In this document: one piece after another, positions 7,593-17,493 of the stretch
Position numbering within the stretch: the stretch's first letter is position 1
How the letters are laid out: every line of letters begins with the position of its first letter
IMG/VR virus record: IMGVR_UViG_3300033405_000018
Coordinates: 1-59,278 of that record
Origin: a virus
Taxonomy: Duplodnaviria > Caudoviricetes
Strand: one strand, 5' to 3'
Length of the DNA stretch: 59,278 nt
Notes under the pieces: generated by a model
What the model was told of the DNA's origin: nothing
The model's input: only the letters and a program-made list of their open reading frames with translations
The model's database searches: none
Program-made: the position numbers and the translations under genes

Positions 7593-9254
7593 ATGGCCTT
7601 GTGGGATGAACCGACCGAGATCAACGACGATACAGTGTTTGGCAAGCGGCTGAACGACAAGGCATTGCAGAAGATGCCGGATGCTACAGGCGGTTCAATG
7701 ACGCTCCTGAATCCGCGGTATGGACTCTTGAATGCAAGGAATCGCGGCGGCATCCGGCCTTCTCTGCCAAATCGGGACCCGGAGAATGATCGTCCCGGCC
7801 CTGATGACCGCCAACTCCCCTCCGACTTCATCCTTGACGTAGACGAGCAGCGCAACCGATTCAGCCCCTTCCAGCCTGTAGCCCCATTCGGCCCTCCATC
7901 AATTCTGGATGTACGCGAGTGGGACTACCCCACCGGCTATAACCTTGAGATCGTCAATCGGCACATCATTCTTGGGGAGATGCTGCGAGGCATCGTGCGG
8001 GGCTCGGGAATCATCGCCAATGAGCTGAGCGCGCGCGTAGACGAACTGGTGAGCCTCCCGTGGAAGTTCGTCCTGAAGAACCTGGCCAAGGGCGTGAAAT
8101 CGGAAGATGACCCGCGCATCAAGGAACTCAACGCCTTCTTCAAGATGCCAGACCGGAAGATCCCTTACCCGCAGTGGATGGAGATGATCTTCCGAGAGCG
8201 GTACACCATCGACGCCGCCACGGTCTACATCTGGAAGAACAGGACCGGAACGAAGCCCTATGCGCTGGAAGTCATTGATGGGAACTCGATAGTTCCGAAG
8301 ATCGACGACCGTGGCCGCATCCCCGACTGGCCTTCCCTGGCCTACACGCAGATCGTCAAAGGCCTCCCAATGGACAACTTCACCGAGCGCGAGATTGTCT
8401 ACATGCCGCGGCATCGGTGGGCTCAGTTCCCGATCTTCGGCTACTCCGAGGTCGAGCAGATCCTGATGGAGGCCACTCAGCAGGTCCGCAAGACGATGTA
8501 TATGCTTTCGTTCTGGAACGAGGGAACCTGCCCAGACGTGATGGTGTGCTGTCCGGAGAACTGGACGGCCGAGCAGATTGCGCTCTGGCAGGGAACCTTT
8601 GACGCCATGTATTCCGGTAACCTCAAGCTCAAGTCCAAGATGCGGTTCATCCCCGGCGGTGGAAAACCGTTCGAGATGAAGGGCTCGGCCGGCGACCTGC
8701 TCAAGTCGGACTACGACGAGTGGATGGCGCGCATCGTTTGCCGCGCTTTCAGGACCGATCCGAAGCCATACATCAAAGAGCCTGAGCCGCGGGCGAACTC
8801 CGAACAGCTTCAAGAGCAGATGCGCGCCCAAGGACTCAATGGCGAGATGCTTTGGTGGTCAAGCCTGATGGAGCGCCTGATTTTTCTCGGATGGGGATGG
8901 GACGACATCGGCCATGCGTTCGACCAGAACGAGGAAGTAGCGGCGACTGACCAGGCCACTATCGACACCGCCAATACATCTCTCGGTGCCAGAACAATCA
9001 ACGAACTACGGGACCGGGACGGCTTGGACGCGGTAGAAGGCGGCGACGTGCCGATGGTCAAGACGGGCACCGGATGGATGCCGCTGGCGGTCCTGGCGGC
9101 TCAGACTGCTCTCCCTCAGCCGGCAATGAGCGGCACCGGCGGGGCATCAGGACCCGAAAAGAATGCCAACAAGCCCACCCCCACACAAAAGGAGGCCGGG
9201 ACGGAAGCCGGAAACCCTTTAGCAAAGCAGGGAAGTCACTGGAGCAGGTATTAG
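7593..9254 (+). CDS. Portal protein
   Basis: Position after terL; FGYSEVEQI, RTINELRDRDGLDAVEGGD typical of HK97-like portals. Extended -10 TG-A-TACACT at 7564-7572. Confidence 0.88.
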   Translation: MALWDEPTEINDDTVFGKRLNDKALQKMPDATGGSMTLLNPRYGLLNARNRGGIRPSLPNRDPENDRPGPDDRQLPSDFILDVDEQRNRFSPFQPVAPFGPPSILDVREWDYPTGYNLEIVNRHIILGEMLRGIVRGSGIIANELSARVDELVSLPWKFVLKNLAKGVKSEDDPRIKELNAFFKMPDRKIPYPQWMEMIFRERYTIDAATVYIWKNRTGTKPYALEVIDGNSIVPKIDDRGRIPDWPSLAYTQIVKGLPMDNFTEREIVYMPRHRWAQFPIFGYSEVEQILMEATQQVRKTMYMLSFWNEGTCPDVMVCCPENWTAEQIALWQGTFDAMYSGNLKLKSKMRFIPGGGKPFEMKGSAGDLLKSDYDEWMARIVCRAFRTDPKPYIKEPEPRANSEQLQEQMRAQGLNGEMLWWSSLMERLIFLGWGWDDIGHAFDQNEEVAATDQATIDTANTSLGARTINELRDRDGLDAVEGGDVPMVKTGTGWMPLAVLAAQTALPQPAMSGTGGASGPEKNANKPTPTQKEAGTEAGNPLAKQGSHWSRY

Positions 9255-9967
9255 CGGCCTACCTGAAGCGCAAGGGCAAAGAGACGGCAGAGTCACTCAC
9301 TGTCGAGAAACTAGCGAAGGCTGCAAAGAAGAAGCCAGAGGATCAGGACACGATAGACATTCTGGTGGACTGGGGCGACCTGATCCCGGAGATTACGCCC
9401 TATCTTGAGACCGATGCGGTAGCCGGAGCCACGGAGTTTTTGACTGATCGCGGCATTGCCGAAGACAGCGACATATGGACCAAGGTGTTGGACCAAGCGC
9501 GGCAGATGGCCAGAGACCGCGGCGCGGAGCTGGTGGGCAAGCGCGTCACGGACAAAGGCGAGATCGTCAACAATCCCAATGCCAAGTGGGCCATTACGGA
9601 AACCACCAGGGCCAACCTCCGAGATTTGATAAGCAAGTCGGTCGATGAGGGCTGGACGACGACCGAACTCCAGCACAACATCTTGCAGAGCGAAGATTTC
9701 AGCGCGGCGCGCGCCCTGACCATTAGCAGGACCGAAAGCATGTACGCCTACAACCACGGCAAGCATGAGGCAGCCAAGGGAACGGGGCAGAAGTTCAAGC
9801 AGCAGATCGGATCCGGGGACGCCTGCGAGGATTGCATGGCCAACATCGAGGCCGGCCTCATCCCGATAGACGAGCCGTTCCCATCTGGCGACGATTGCAC
9901 GCCTATTCACCCAAATGATCGGTGCGGCGTGGGGTATTCTGAATCTCAAGACGAAGGCGAGGAATAG
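9215..9967 (+). CDS. MuF/SPP1 gp7-like head morphogenesis protein (start unclear, probably entered by -1 frameshift)
   Basis: RALTISRTESMYAYN, ACEDC, PIHPNDRC MuF motifs; frame is -1 relative to the portal. Confidence 0.8.
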   Translation, partial: PFSKAGKSLEQVLAAYLKRKGKETAESLTVEKLAKAAKKKPEDQDTIDILVDWGDLIPEITPYLETDAVAGATEFLTDRGIAEDSDIWTKVLDQARQMARDRGAELVGKRVTDKGEIVNNPNAKWAITETTRANLRDLISKSVDEGWTTTELQHNILQSEDFSAARALTISRTESMYAYNHGKHEAAKGTGQKFKQQIGSGDACEDCMANIEAGLIPIDEPFPSGDDCTPIHPNDRCGVGYSESQDEGEE

Positions 9968-10162
9968 ATGGCGACAACAGGACGCATAAAGATCGACGAA
10001 GAATCAGCCTTGAAGTCTATGCCGGTTACGGCTGAGTCAATCCTGCGCGCCGCCATGGCGCTGAGGCCGATTCTGCCCGAAAAGTTTTACGGCCGGTTCA
10101 TCCTGATATTTGAGGACGGCCGGCCGATTCGTTGGGAAACGCTTCAGAGCGGAAAGATCTAG
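9968..10162 (+). CDS. Hypothetical protein
   Basis: Abuts the MuF stop, GAGG RBS. Confidence 0.55.
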   Translation: MATTGRIKIDEESALKSMPVTAESILRAAMALRPILPEKFYGRFILIFEDGRPIRWETLQSGKI

Positions 10163-10227
10163 CGTACGGTTCCGTCTGCTCGCATTTCCTGTCAACAGAA
10201 AAGTTTAATAAGTGCATAATATTTATG

Positions 10228-10256
10228 TTGATAAACTGTGCCATTGGTGGTTTAAT
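10228..10256 (+). promoter_or_regulatory. Sigma70-type promoter of the accessory block
   Basis: TTGATA-N17-TTTAAT in an AT-rich gap. Confidence 0.6.
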
Positions 10257-10284
10257 AATCCCAGTTTACAGAAAGAGGCTTGAA

Positions 10285-10596
10285 ATGATGGAAACGGAAC
10301 GGATTACCAACGAAGTGATGGACCGGCACCAAATACCCACCCGCCAACAGGTTGAACTTGACCGGCAATGGAGGGAAACAGGATACGAGGAGTTGGGCAT
10401 CGGCTTCGACCATACCGACATTCTCGGAGAAATACCGAACACCAGGGAAATGCCTCCCGATTGCACTGGTGGGGCGCTGATTTTCTTGGTGGGAGCATTG
10501 GGAATTGAACTCATGACGGTGATTATCTGGGGATTGCTGGAGTTGCGTCATTCCATTATGTTCTTGGCGCACTGGCTGGTGAGCCATGCACATTAA
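10285..10596 (+). CDS. Hypothetical membrane protein
   Basis: AGAGG RBS; hydrophobic C-terminal segment. Confidence 0.55.
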   Translation: MMETERITNEVMDRHQIPTRQQVELDRQWRETGYEELGIGFDHTDILGEIPNTREMPPDCTGGALIFLVGALGIELMTVIIWGLLELRHSIMFLAHWLVSHAH

Positions 10597-10837
10597 CCTG
10601 CGGGATGCCTATCTGTGCCCCGACTGCGATGCGATTGGCGACTCTTCAGAGCGGTGCCCGGCCTGTGCAAACCGGTCGGGACTATTGCCGCTAGTATCTG
10701 TCCTCAACAGGACACAGAAGGCCACCGTACTCCCCAAAGATCTAACCCACACAGAAGTACGCGGAGAGTTGGGTGAGTTGCTGTGGAGCGGGTACGCCAG
10801 CGATCAAACCGCTGCCTTGATGGCAGCAAAGGAGTAG
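10586..10837 (+). CDS. Zinc-finger hypothetical protein
   Basis: CPDC...CPAC. Confidence 0.6.
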   Translation: MHINLRDAYLCPDCDAIGDSSERCPACANRSGLLPLVSVLNRTQKATVLPKDLTHTEVRGELGELLWSGYASDQTAALMAAKE

Positions 10838-10839
10838 AT

Positions 10840-11049
10840 GTGTACACAACCAACAGACAAGCAGACGCAGAAGCAATCGTAAGGATTCTGCACGAAACCA
10901 CAGAACGCATGGACTACGATTCAGGCCTTTGCCTCTTGTGCATGGAACGGGAAGACAATGGCCATGGCGAGTCGTGCCCCTTCCAAATGGCAGATGATTT
11001 CATCGCCAAGTACGGGACTCACCCGCCAGAGGAGCCGAAAAAGGCATGA
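10840..11049 (+). CDS. Hypothetical protein
   Basis: AGGAG RBS then GTG; CLLC...HGESC. Confidence 0.55.
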   Translation: MYTTNRQADAEAIVRILHETTERMDYDSGLCLLCMEREDNGHGESCPFQMADDFIAKYGTHPPEEPKKA

Positions 11050-11381
11050 GAATTCCCACTTTGGCCGTCCACCCATTGCGCTACCAGCAGATTATGTCGA
11101 GTCCTGATATTGTCTGCAAGCCTCCAGAGGGCATGAGCGTTGACCTATTGTCTTCGCTCGGTATCAGCATTGTTCAGAGTCCATACGTTCCGCTATCGGA
11201 GACTAAAGTTGTGCCGATCCGGTACACCAAGAAGCATCCATGGCGCAAAGGATGGCCTAAATGTCGGACCATCGAAGAGCCAATTCTAGGGTATTGGCTT
11301 GATAGTGGAGCTGAGCAGTTCAATGCTAAATGGATCGGGACTCCGAATATCGCGGCCTTTGAAAGGCTGGCCAAACTGTGA
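11046..11381 (+). CDS. Hypothetical protein
   Basis: ATGA coupling with the upstream ORF. Confidence 0.55.
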   Translation: MRIPTLAVHPLRYQQIMSSPDIVCKPPEGMSVDLLSSLGISIVQSPYVPLSETKVVPIRYTKKHPWRKGWPKCRTIEEPILGYWLDSGAEQFNAKWIGTPNIAAFERLAKL

Positions 11382-11548
11382 CGCTCCCCGAGATGATTGA
11401 TGAGGTCTACGAGAAGACCCACGTCCCGATGATCGAGATTCTCCGGCTGGTGCTGATCAACTGGCCGGGACGCAAGACCTTCACCCCAACCCAATGCAAC
11501 CTGCTTGTGAGCCTGATTGACCGCAAGAAGAAGGAGATGCAATCTTGA
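11378..11548 (+). CDS. Small hypothetical protein (56 aa, not in ORF track)
   Basis: GTGA overlap upstream and TTGA overlap downstream; MTLPEMIDEVYEKTHVPMIEILRLVL... Confidence 0.5.
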   Translation: MTLPEMIDEVYEKTHVPMIEILRLVLINWPGRKTFTPTQCNLLVSLIDRKKKEMQS

Positions 11549-12174
11549 CCACCATCTACAGTGAACTGCTGACAGCGGCCGGCAAAGGGTTTCTGCCCCA
11601 GGCTGAGGGCGAGCCTGATGCGCACTACCTGCGGCGCCTCGTGCTGGCTGTGTCCAAGTGCTCAGACGAGGCATGGGACGCACTGAGCAAGGCGGCGCAG
11701 GACTGGTACAACGAGCAGGCCAAGCGCGTGAAGGCGCATCAGGACCCGGAGCACTGCCCCGGCTTTGGTGGATCGTTCGCCCAGTGGGAACATGAACACA
11801 AAGACGACCAGATACCTGCCATCGTCGATGCCGTGGTGGATGCTGGCTGGCCGCTCAACCCTGCGATGGTGGGCGAATGTGGGTATCCTGCCGAAGAACT
11901 CAAGAATGCGGCTACAGCGCTCGCCGATGCTGCTCTCGGCCCTATCACCCCAGGGGATCAGGACTCGCCGCACGCTCTTAGCCCCAAGCCAACCGCCACC
12001 GATGCCGTTCGCGCGCTGGTGATGCAGCATCAGGACTGGAACCAATCGCAGATTGCCGCAGAACTCGAAGCCCGCGGCCAGACGGTCAGCCTCGGGACCA
12101 TCGCCACGGTACGCAGCATGACCCTGGCTACCATCGCTGTAGCCAAGGGGCTTGGAAAGTGGGTAGAGGGATGA
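11545..12174 (+). CDS. Hypothetical protein with possible C-terminal HTH
   Basis: AAGGAG RBS; NQSQIAAELEARGQTVSLGTIATVR. Confidence 0.65.
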   Translation: MTTIYSELLTAAGKGFLPQAEGEPDAHYLRRLVLAVSKCSDEAWDALSKAAQDWYNEQAKRVKAHQDPEHCPGFGGSFAQWEHEHKDDQIPAIVDAVVDAGWPLNPAMVGECGYPAEELKNAATALADAALGPITPGDQDSPHALSPKPTATDAVRALVMQHQDWNQSQIAAELEARGQTVSLGTIATVRSMTLATIAVAKGLGKWVEG

Positions 12175-12566
12175 GGAAAATCAACGACATAGAACTCGAT
12201 GGGCATACGGGTCCTGATGGCAAGTTCCACGCTACCGGCGTCTCGATTGTCGAGAACTCAGGTAATCCGCACACTGGCATCTTTGTCGACGATGGCGCAT
12301 CCGATGGCGATGCGACCATTGGCACGTATCCAACTCTCCTGCGTCACGACTTCCTCACGTGGGTTCCAGACAATTTGCTTCGTCAGTGGAAACTTGTCGT
12401 CGAGCCTGAACGCAAGGAGATCGTCGCCACGGTGACAGCGGAAGCGATAGATGCTCATGTCGGTATTGACAGGATCAGTGAGCGCATTGAACTGCAACTC
12501 GGCAAGATCTTTGCGCACGTCCCGTCTCTTTCCGAAGCTATCGAGCATCACTGGAAGCCGCTATGA
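12171..12566 (+). CDS. Hypothetical protein
   Basis: ATGA coupling. Confidence 0.6.
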   Translation: MRKINDIELDGHTGPDGKFHATGVSIVENSGNPHTGIFVDDGASDGDATIGTYPTLLRHDFLTWVPDNLLRQWKLVVEPERKEIVATVTAEAIDAHVGIDRISERIELQLGKIFAHVPSLSEAIEHHWKPL

Positions 12567-12908
12567 ACATCCCACGTCTACCGGGCCGTATGCGGTTTGT
12601 GCGCGGCCCTCGTCACGTCTTGCGAGTCCTGAAGTACATGCAGAGGATTGCGCGGGCGATCAAGAAGCAGAAGAGATAAGGAGTAGTGATGGGAGACTAC
12701 TCATTCGGACCGAGCGCCAAGGGATGGACGGTAATTTTAAGTCTGTGTGTTATCGGGTTGGCGGCTGTCATTGTGTGGTTATCGCAGTTAGCTATTTACC
12801 TCTGGCATCATCTGTTGTGGGTGAAGTGATGCAGCCAACCAATACGCAGCCGCCAGTTGATCCCGTATGGATCGCTGAACAATGGAAGATTTACAAGGAG
12901 TCGAAGCC

Positions 12909-13205
12909 ATGAAGAAACTCACCATCAAGATGTTTGCACCCGGCAACAGGACCCATAAGACTGTCATCCTGGCAGCCGGCAAAGGCAAGGTATTCAAGCC
13001 CGGTGGCGAGTTCGAAGTGCTGTCCAACGTGGCCGACTCGCTCGAAACACAGTTCCCGAACGATGAGTTCCGCATGGTCCAGGTTGGCCCGGCGGCATTC
13101 AACTTCGTATGGGAACGCAAGAAGACGCTCGAAGAGGTAGCCGATAGGGTGATGATCGGCGGGATGCACCTGGGCGAAGTGGCAACCGTGGAAGTAGGGA
13201 GGTAA
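12909..13205 (+). CDS. Hypothetical protein
   Basis: AAGGAG RBS, ATGA coupling. Confidence 0.6.
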   Translation: MKKLTIKMFAPGNRTHKTVILAAGKGKVFKPGGEFEVLSNVADSLETQFPNDEFRMVQVGPAAFNFVWERKKTLEEVADRVMIGGMHLGEVATVEVGR

Positions 13206-13209
13206 CACC

Positions 13210-13587
13210 TTGGAATATGAAGCAGTGGTTTTGATTGCGGACGGCACGGTGGATCAGGACAACGACTCCATCTCAATCGAGAACGTGTCTTTCAAGAATC
13301 CTGTTCCCGTCATCAAAGACTTCGACATCTCGAAGCCCATCGGCGTTGCGGCTCTTTCGGTCGATGGGAACACGGTGAAAGCAAAGATCACCATTCCTGA
13401 TAGTTTAGACCCAACAGGCGAGGCGTTCTGGTACATCCCGGCTATCGGTGGCAGTTGCGATCGGGTCAAGCCCGACGGCAACAAGATCAGGACAATCACG
13501 AACCTGAAAATATATAAGATTTCACTCTCCATGAAGCCCAACAGCGACCCGCGCATCAAGCCGATTGGGGATCGCGTAGATGAGTGA
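13210..13587 (+). CDS. Prohead-protease-like protein, apparently degenerate
   Basis: VDQDNDSI, PVPVIKDFD..KPIG, PAIGG, IYKISLSMKP mirror the HK97-type protease motif order. Confidence 0.5.
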   Translation: MEYEAVVLIADGTVDQDNDSISIENVSFKNPVPVIKDFDISKPIGVAALSVDGNTVKAKITIPDSLDPTGEAFWYIPAIGGSCDRVKPDGNKIRTITNLKIYKISLSMKPNSDPRIKPIGDRVDE

Positions 13588-13981
13588 CCTCCTTCCGATC
13601 CTTCATCCAGCGATGCAACTATGCTCCATCTGCCCGAGCCCTGGAGCGTGCTGCAAGGGGCTGATGCTGAGATACCTAAACAGCAATGGTAAATGGGTTT
13701 ATGAATCGTTTTGGATCGAGAGTTGGCAGCAGGACGCGCAGAAGTGGGTTGATGACCACGGACTCGACTTCAAGGCCGTATCTATTGCAGAAACCTTTCA
13801 TGATGATGGGAGTGGGCGCGATTACGTCACCGTTCGCTATGACTGCCTCAATTTGGCGGAAGATGGGCGTTGCAGCATCTACGATGAACGTCCTAAGCTG
13901 TGTCGCATCTTCACTCCTGGCACTGATCCGCTTTGCGTGTTTGGCAGGACCCCGTTCGTCAACGCTGTAGAATCTCACTAG
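13580..13981 (+). CDS. YkgJ-like CxxCxxCC cysteine-cluster protein
   Basis: CSICPSPGACC and CLNLAEDGRCSIYDERPKLCR. Confidence 0.8.
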   Translation: MSDLLPILHPAMQLCSICPSPGACCKGLMLRYLNSNGKWVYESFWIESWQQDAQKWVDDHGLDFKAVSIAETFHDDGSGRDYVTVRYDCLNLAEDGRCSIYDERPKLCRIFTPGTDPLCVFGRTPFVNAVESH

Positions 13982-14023
13982 ACCGGTGGTACCGGCGACC
14001 TCCTTGGAACACATGGTCCTCCT

Positions 14024-14057
14024 GCCCGGCATCCTGCGAAGATGTCGGGCTCTTTTT
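14024..14057 (+). terminator. Intrinsic terminator ending the accessory block
   Basis: GCCCGGCATC-loop-GATGTCGGGC followed by TCTTTTT. Confidence 0.75.
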
Positions 14058-14084
14058 GTCCTGAAGTGCTTTCCTTCCCTGCTG

Positions 14085-14173
14085 TGGTAATATCTCAATC
14101 GACGGGTACAGAAACAATCTGGCTCGGACGTGACGGCTTATCAAAGCTCAATCGTCCGGGCCATTTTGCGTTT
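14085..14173 (+). promoter_or_regulatory. Promoter plus two-hairpin leader element, copy 1 (head genes)
   Basis: TG-G-TAATAT, 7 nt, GACGGGTA-CAGA-AACAA-TCTG, stem GCTCGGACG/CGTCCGGGC, TTTT. Confidence 0.75.
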
Positions 14174-14184
14174 ACAGGAGCCAG

Positions 14185-15816
14185 ATGGACGATTTCAGCG
14201 TATTTCTCCCGATTGAAAAGGTAGACGCGCAGAGCGGGATGGTCTGGGGCTATGCCTCAACGCCATCGAAGGATCTGCAAGGGGAGATCGTCCCGCTGGA
14301 CGCCATCAAGGCCGCCCTCCCGGACTACATGAAGTGGGCGAACATCCGAGAGATGCACACCTCGTCTGCCGTGGGCGTGACCAAAGAGGCCCACGTTGAC
14401 GCCAAGGGGCTCTACATCGGCGCCAAGATCAGCGATGCCGTCGCGTGGAAGAAATGCAAGGACGGCGTTTATAAAGGTTTCTCGATTGGAGGCTCCAAGC
14501 TGGAGAAGGTTGGCGATGTGGTCAAGGCGCTTTTCCTGCGAGAGATCAGCCTCGTAGACCGGCCGGCGAACTCTGACTGCCGCATCGACATCGTGAAGAT
14601 TGCCGGCGGACTCGCCTTTGGAGGGTCAATGGAGAATCAAACCAGTAACGAAACTTTGATGGAAAAGGCACTTGACACGTTCCGAACGATTCTCGGAATG
14701 GGCAAGATTGCTTTGCCGGAACTCGCTAAGGCCGCTCCAGAAGCCGCTCCGAGTCCTGCCGAGTCCGAGGAACTGACTGCCGACGAGTTGACTGATCTGA
14801 CCAAGATAATGGACTCGGAATTTGAGAAGCGCGAGTTCAGCGACAAACAGCGCAAGCATCTGGCATCCCAGGGCATTGCTCTTCCCGATGGCAGTTACCC
14901 AATTGCCAACGTGAGTGACCTTGAGAATGCCGTCAAGGCCTTTGGCCGCGCATCGGACCCCGAGAAAGCCAAAGCTCACATCATTGCACGCGCGAAAGCG
15001 CTGAACGCCACCCACCTTCTGCCGACCGACTGGCCGGGCAGCACCAAGAAAAAGGAGAGCACCATCATGGACACTGACCTCCAGAAGCGATTTGCGGCAG
15101 GAAAAAAGGCGGCCATCAAGAAGGCTGATGACCATATCAAGAAGGCTTCCGCCTCCCACGGCAAAGCAATCGATGAGATTGAAGCCCTCCACAAGTGCAT
15201 GGGCAAGGCGGCCGACGGCGGCGACGAGTTCAAGAAACACTTGACGGCGCTTTCAGGACACATGAACGACATTGCCGACCACCACGAACTGGCCCACGCT
15301 GCTCTCGGCAAGGCTATGACCGGCTGGGAAGGCGAGAAGTCGGAAACCGACTTGGGTGAAAAGCCTGATTCGGAGAATGTCGAAGAGCTTTCTCCCCGGC
15401 GCATGACTGAGGGCGAAGTGGAAGGCAACAGCTACCGCGGCGCGGGCGACTCGCCCTATTCGGCGGCTGCGATTGCGACGATGGTCAAGGCTGCTGTGGC
15501 CGAAGCTACCGCTCCGCTGATCGCCGACAACGCTTTCCTCAAGGGCCAGATGTCCGTCCTTGAGAATCAGCCCTCTGCTGGCCGACGTCCGAAGCTGTTC
15601 AATGCCAGCTCCACCGGCGATGTGTTCCCGTCCAGCGACGGCAAGCCGGACTTCAACAGGCTTATCAACAAGTCGCTATCGGAAGCCGACCCGAATGACC
15701 AGCGCAGTTCGGAGCAGGCGACGGCGCGCGCTTTCGGCTTGATGTGTACCCCTGGTAGCGGGTTTGCGAAGTCGATCAACGACCCCAACTTCAAGATTGA
15801 TCTTGGCGGCAACTAG
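14185..15816 (+). CDS. Prohead protease-scaffold fusion
   Basis: VWGYAS, DLQGE, IREMH, YKGFSIGG, LREISLVDRPAN; long helical C-terminal region; immediately upstream of the capsid gene. Confidence 0.88.
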   Translation: MDDFSVFLPIEKVDAQSGMVWGYASTPSKDLQGEIVPLDAIKAALPDYMKWANIREMHTSSAVGVTKEAHVDAKGLYIGAKISDAVAWKKCKDGVYKGFSIGGSKLEKVGDVVKALFLREISLVDRPANSDCRIDIVKIAGGLAFGGSMENQTSNETLMEKALDTFRTILGMGKIALPELAKAAPEAAPSPAESEELTADELTDLTKIMDSEFEKREFSDKQRKHLASQGIALPDGSYPIANVSDLENAVKAFGRASDPEKAKAHIIARAKALNATHLLPTDWPGSTKKKESTIMDTDLQKRFAAGKKAAIKKADDHIKKASASHGKAIDEIEALHKCMGKAADGGDEFKKHLTALSGHMNDIADHHELAHAALGKAMTGWEGEKSETDLGEKPDSENVEELSPRRMTEGEVEGNSYRGAGDSPYSAAAIATMVKAAVAEATAPLIADNAFLKGQMSVLENQPSAGRRPKLFNASSTGDVFPSSDGKPDFNRLINKSLSEADPNDQRSSEQATARAFGLMCTPGSGFAKSINDPNFKIDLGGN

Positions 15817-15879
15817 TCCCGGCGCAGTTCACAGCGGTCCCAGTTCGTAGTCAGCAACTCGGCAATAGGAGAATCTGAG

Positions 15880-17472
15880 ATGAATGATTTTGAGAAGTTC
15901 CTGCAAAGTGACGTATTCAAGCAGGCCATTGACGAGCGTGTTGGCACTCTCGCAAAGGCCGACACTGTTGACCAGAACACGGGGCTGGTGTGGTACGACC
16001 TGAGCCGCATCGTTCAGGAAATGCACCCGTTCAAGCAGTTGATTCCGCTGATCTCCAGCCTCCCCCGCGTCCCCGCCGATGGCGGCACGGCGCATCGTTG
16101 GAAGAGGGTCACCGGCATCAACGTCAACAACGTCTCCATTGGTGTACCCGAGGGCGAGCGCGCGGCCGCTTCTGCCATCACGGTTCAGGACCAACTGGCG
16201 AGCTACAAGACGATGGGTCTCGAAGGCTCCGTATCCTGGGAAGCTCGTCTGGCCGCTCTCAACCTCAAGCCCGATGCTCAAGGCGTGACGATTCAGGCCA
16301 CGCTGCAAGGTGTCATGGTGGGCGAAGAGCAAACGCTCATCGGCGGCAACGCCTCCACCCCGCTGGGTATCACTCCCACACCTACCCTTACCGCTGCTGG
16401 CAGTGGTTCGGCTCTGTCGAACGTGCCGTATTACATCGTGGCAGTGGCCCTCAGTCATGCGGGCTGGCGCACCGGCAGTATGGCGAACGGCATCCCCGGC
16501 CAGATCACCCTGACGAGCACCACGGGAACAGTCACCAATGTGGGCGGAGGATCGGCTCAGCCTTCGGCGCAGGCCACCATCACCCCGACGGCTGGCCAGA
16601 TCATCACCGCTACAGTCACCCCCGTTGTCAATGCCGTAGCTTATGCGTGGTACTTCGGGACCACGGCCGGCGCGACCCGCCTCCAGGGCATCACCACCAC
16701 GAACCAGGCGAAGTTCAGCGCCGTCCCGTCCAACACCAATCAACTGATCACCGCTTTGCAGGTCAACGGCGCGTATCAGGACAACTCAACCAACACGCTG
16801 CTGCCTGATGGTATTCTCAGCCAAGTCAACGGTTCTGTCTCCGGCGCCGCTCCTGGCACCGCCATGGCAACCAACCCGAACCTGCCCGTTGTGGCCAGCG
16901 GTACTCTCGGCTATGCGGGATCGGGCGCGCTGATCTTCCAAGGGGCCAGCGGCAATACCGGGCTGACCATTGCCGGTACCAGCATCGTCGAGTTCGATGC
17001 TGTATTCCAGGCTGCTTACGACCAGTACAAGATTGGCTTTGACCGGATTCTCGTCAGCTCCACCGACCTGAACTCGAACATCGCTCAGTTCTTGAACACG
17101 GCCAGCACCAACAACAGCCTCCGCATGGTGTTTGAGGCGGATGAGGGCGGCGGGTCCAAGATCGTGGCCGGGCGCGCGGTCAACGCCTACAAGAACAAGA
17201 TCTACGGCAACACTCTGCCGATTGAAACGCACCCCAACCTGCCTCCGGGCACGATTCTGTTCTGGTCTGACCGTTCGCCCTACCCGTTGAGCGGTGTGGC
17301 CAACATCCTCGAAGCGCGTGTCCGTCAGGACTATGTACAAGTGTCCTGGCCCCTGCGCACCCGGCGCAACGAGTACGGCGTGTATGTTGACGAGACGTTC
17401 GCTTTGTACTTCGCCCCGGCCTTCGCTCTCCTGACCAACATCAACCAGCCGACGGGAACCCAGACGTTCTAA
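15880..17472 (+). CDS. Major capsid protein with internal beta-rich insertion
   Basis: Position, strong AGGAG RBS, 530 aa, IETHPNLPPGTIL, followed by a terminator. Confidence 0.8.
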   Translation: MNDFEKFLQSDVFKQAIDERVGTLAKADTVDQNTGLVWYDLSRIVQEMHPFKQLIPLISSLPRVPADGGTAHRWKRVTGINVNNVSIGVPEGERAAASAITVQDQLASYKTMGLEGSVSWEARLAALNLKPDAQGVTIQATLQGVMVGEEQTLIGGNASTPLGITPTPTLTAAGSGSALSNVPYYIVAVALSHAGWRTGSMANGIPGQITLTSTTGTVTNVGGGSAQPSAQATITPTAGQIITATVTPVVNAVAYAWYFGTTAGATRLQGITTTNQAKFSAVPSNTNQLITALQVNGAYQDNSTNTLLPDGILSQVNGSVSGAAPGTAMATNPNLPVVASGTLGYAGSGALIFQGASGNTGLTIAGTSIVEFDAVFQAAYDQYKIGFDRILVSSTDLNSNIAQFLNTASTNNSLRMVFEADEGGGSKIVAGRAVNAYKNKIYGNTLPIETHPNLPPGTILFWSDRSPYPLSGVANILEARVRQDYVQVSWPLRTRRNEYGVYVDETFALYFAPAFALLTNINQPTGTQTF

Positions 17473-17493
17473 CCGGTGGATGGATTTACAATG

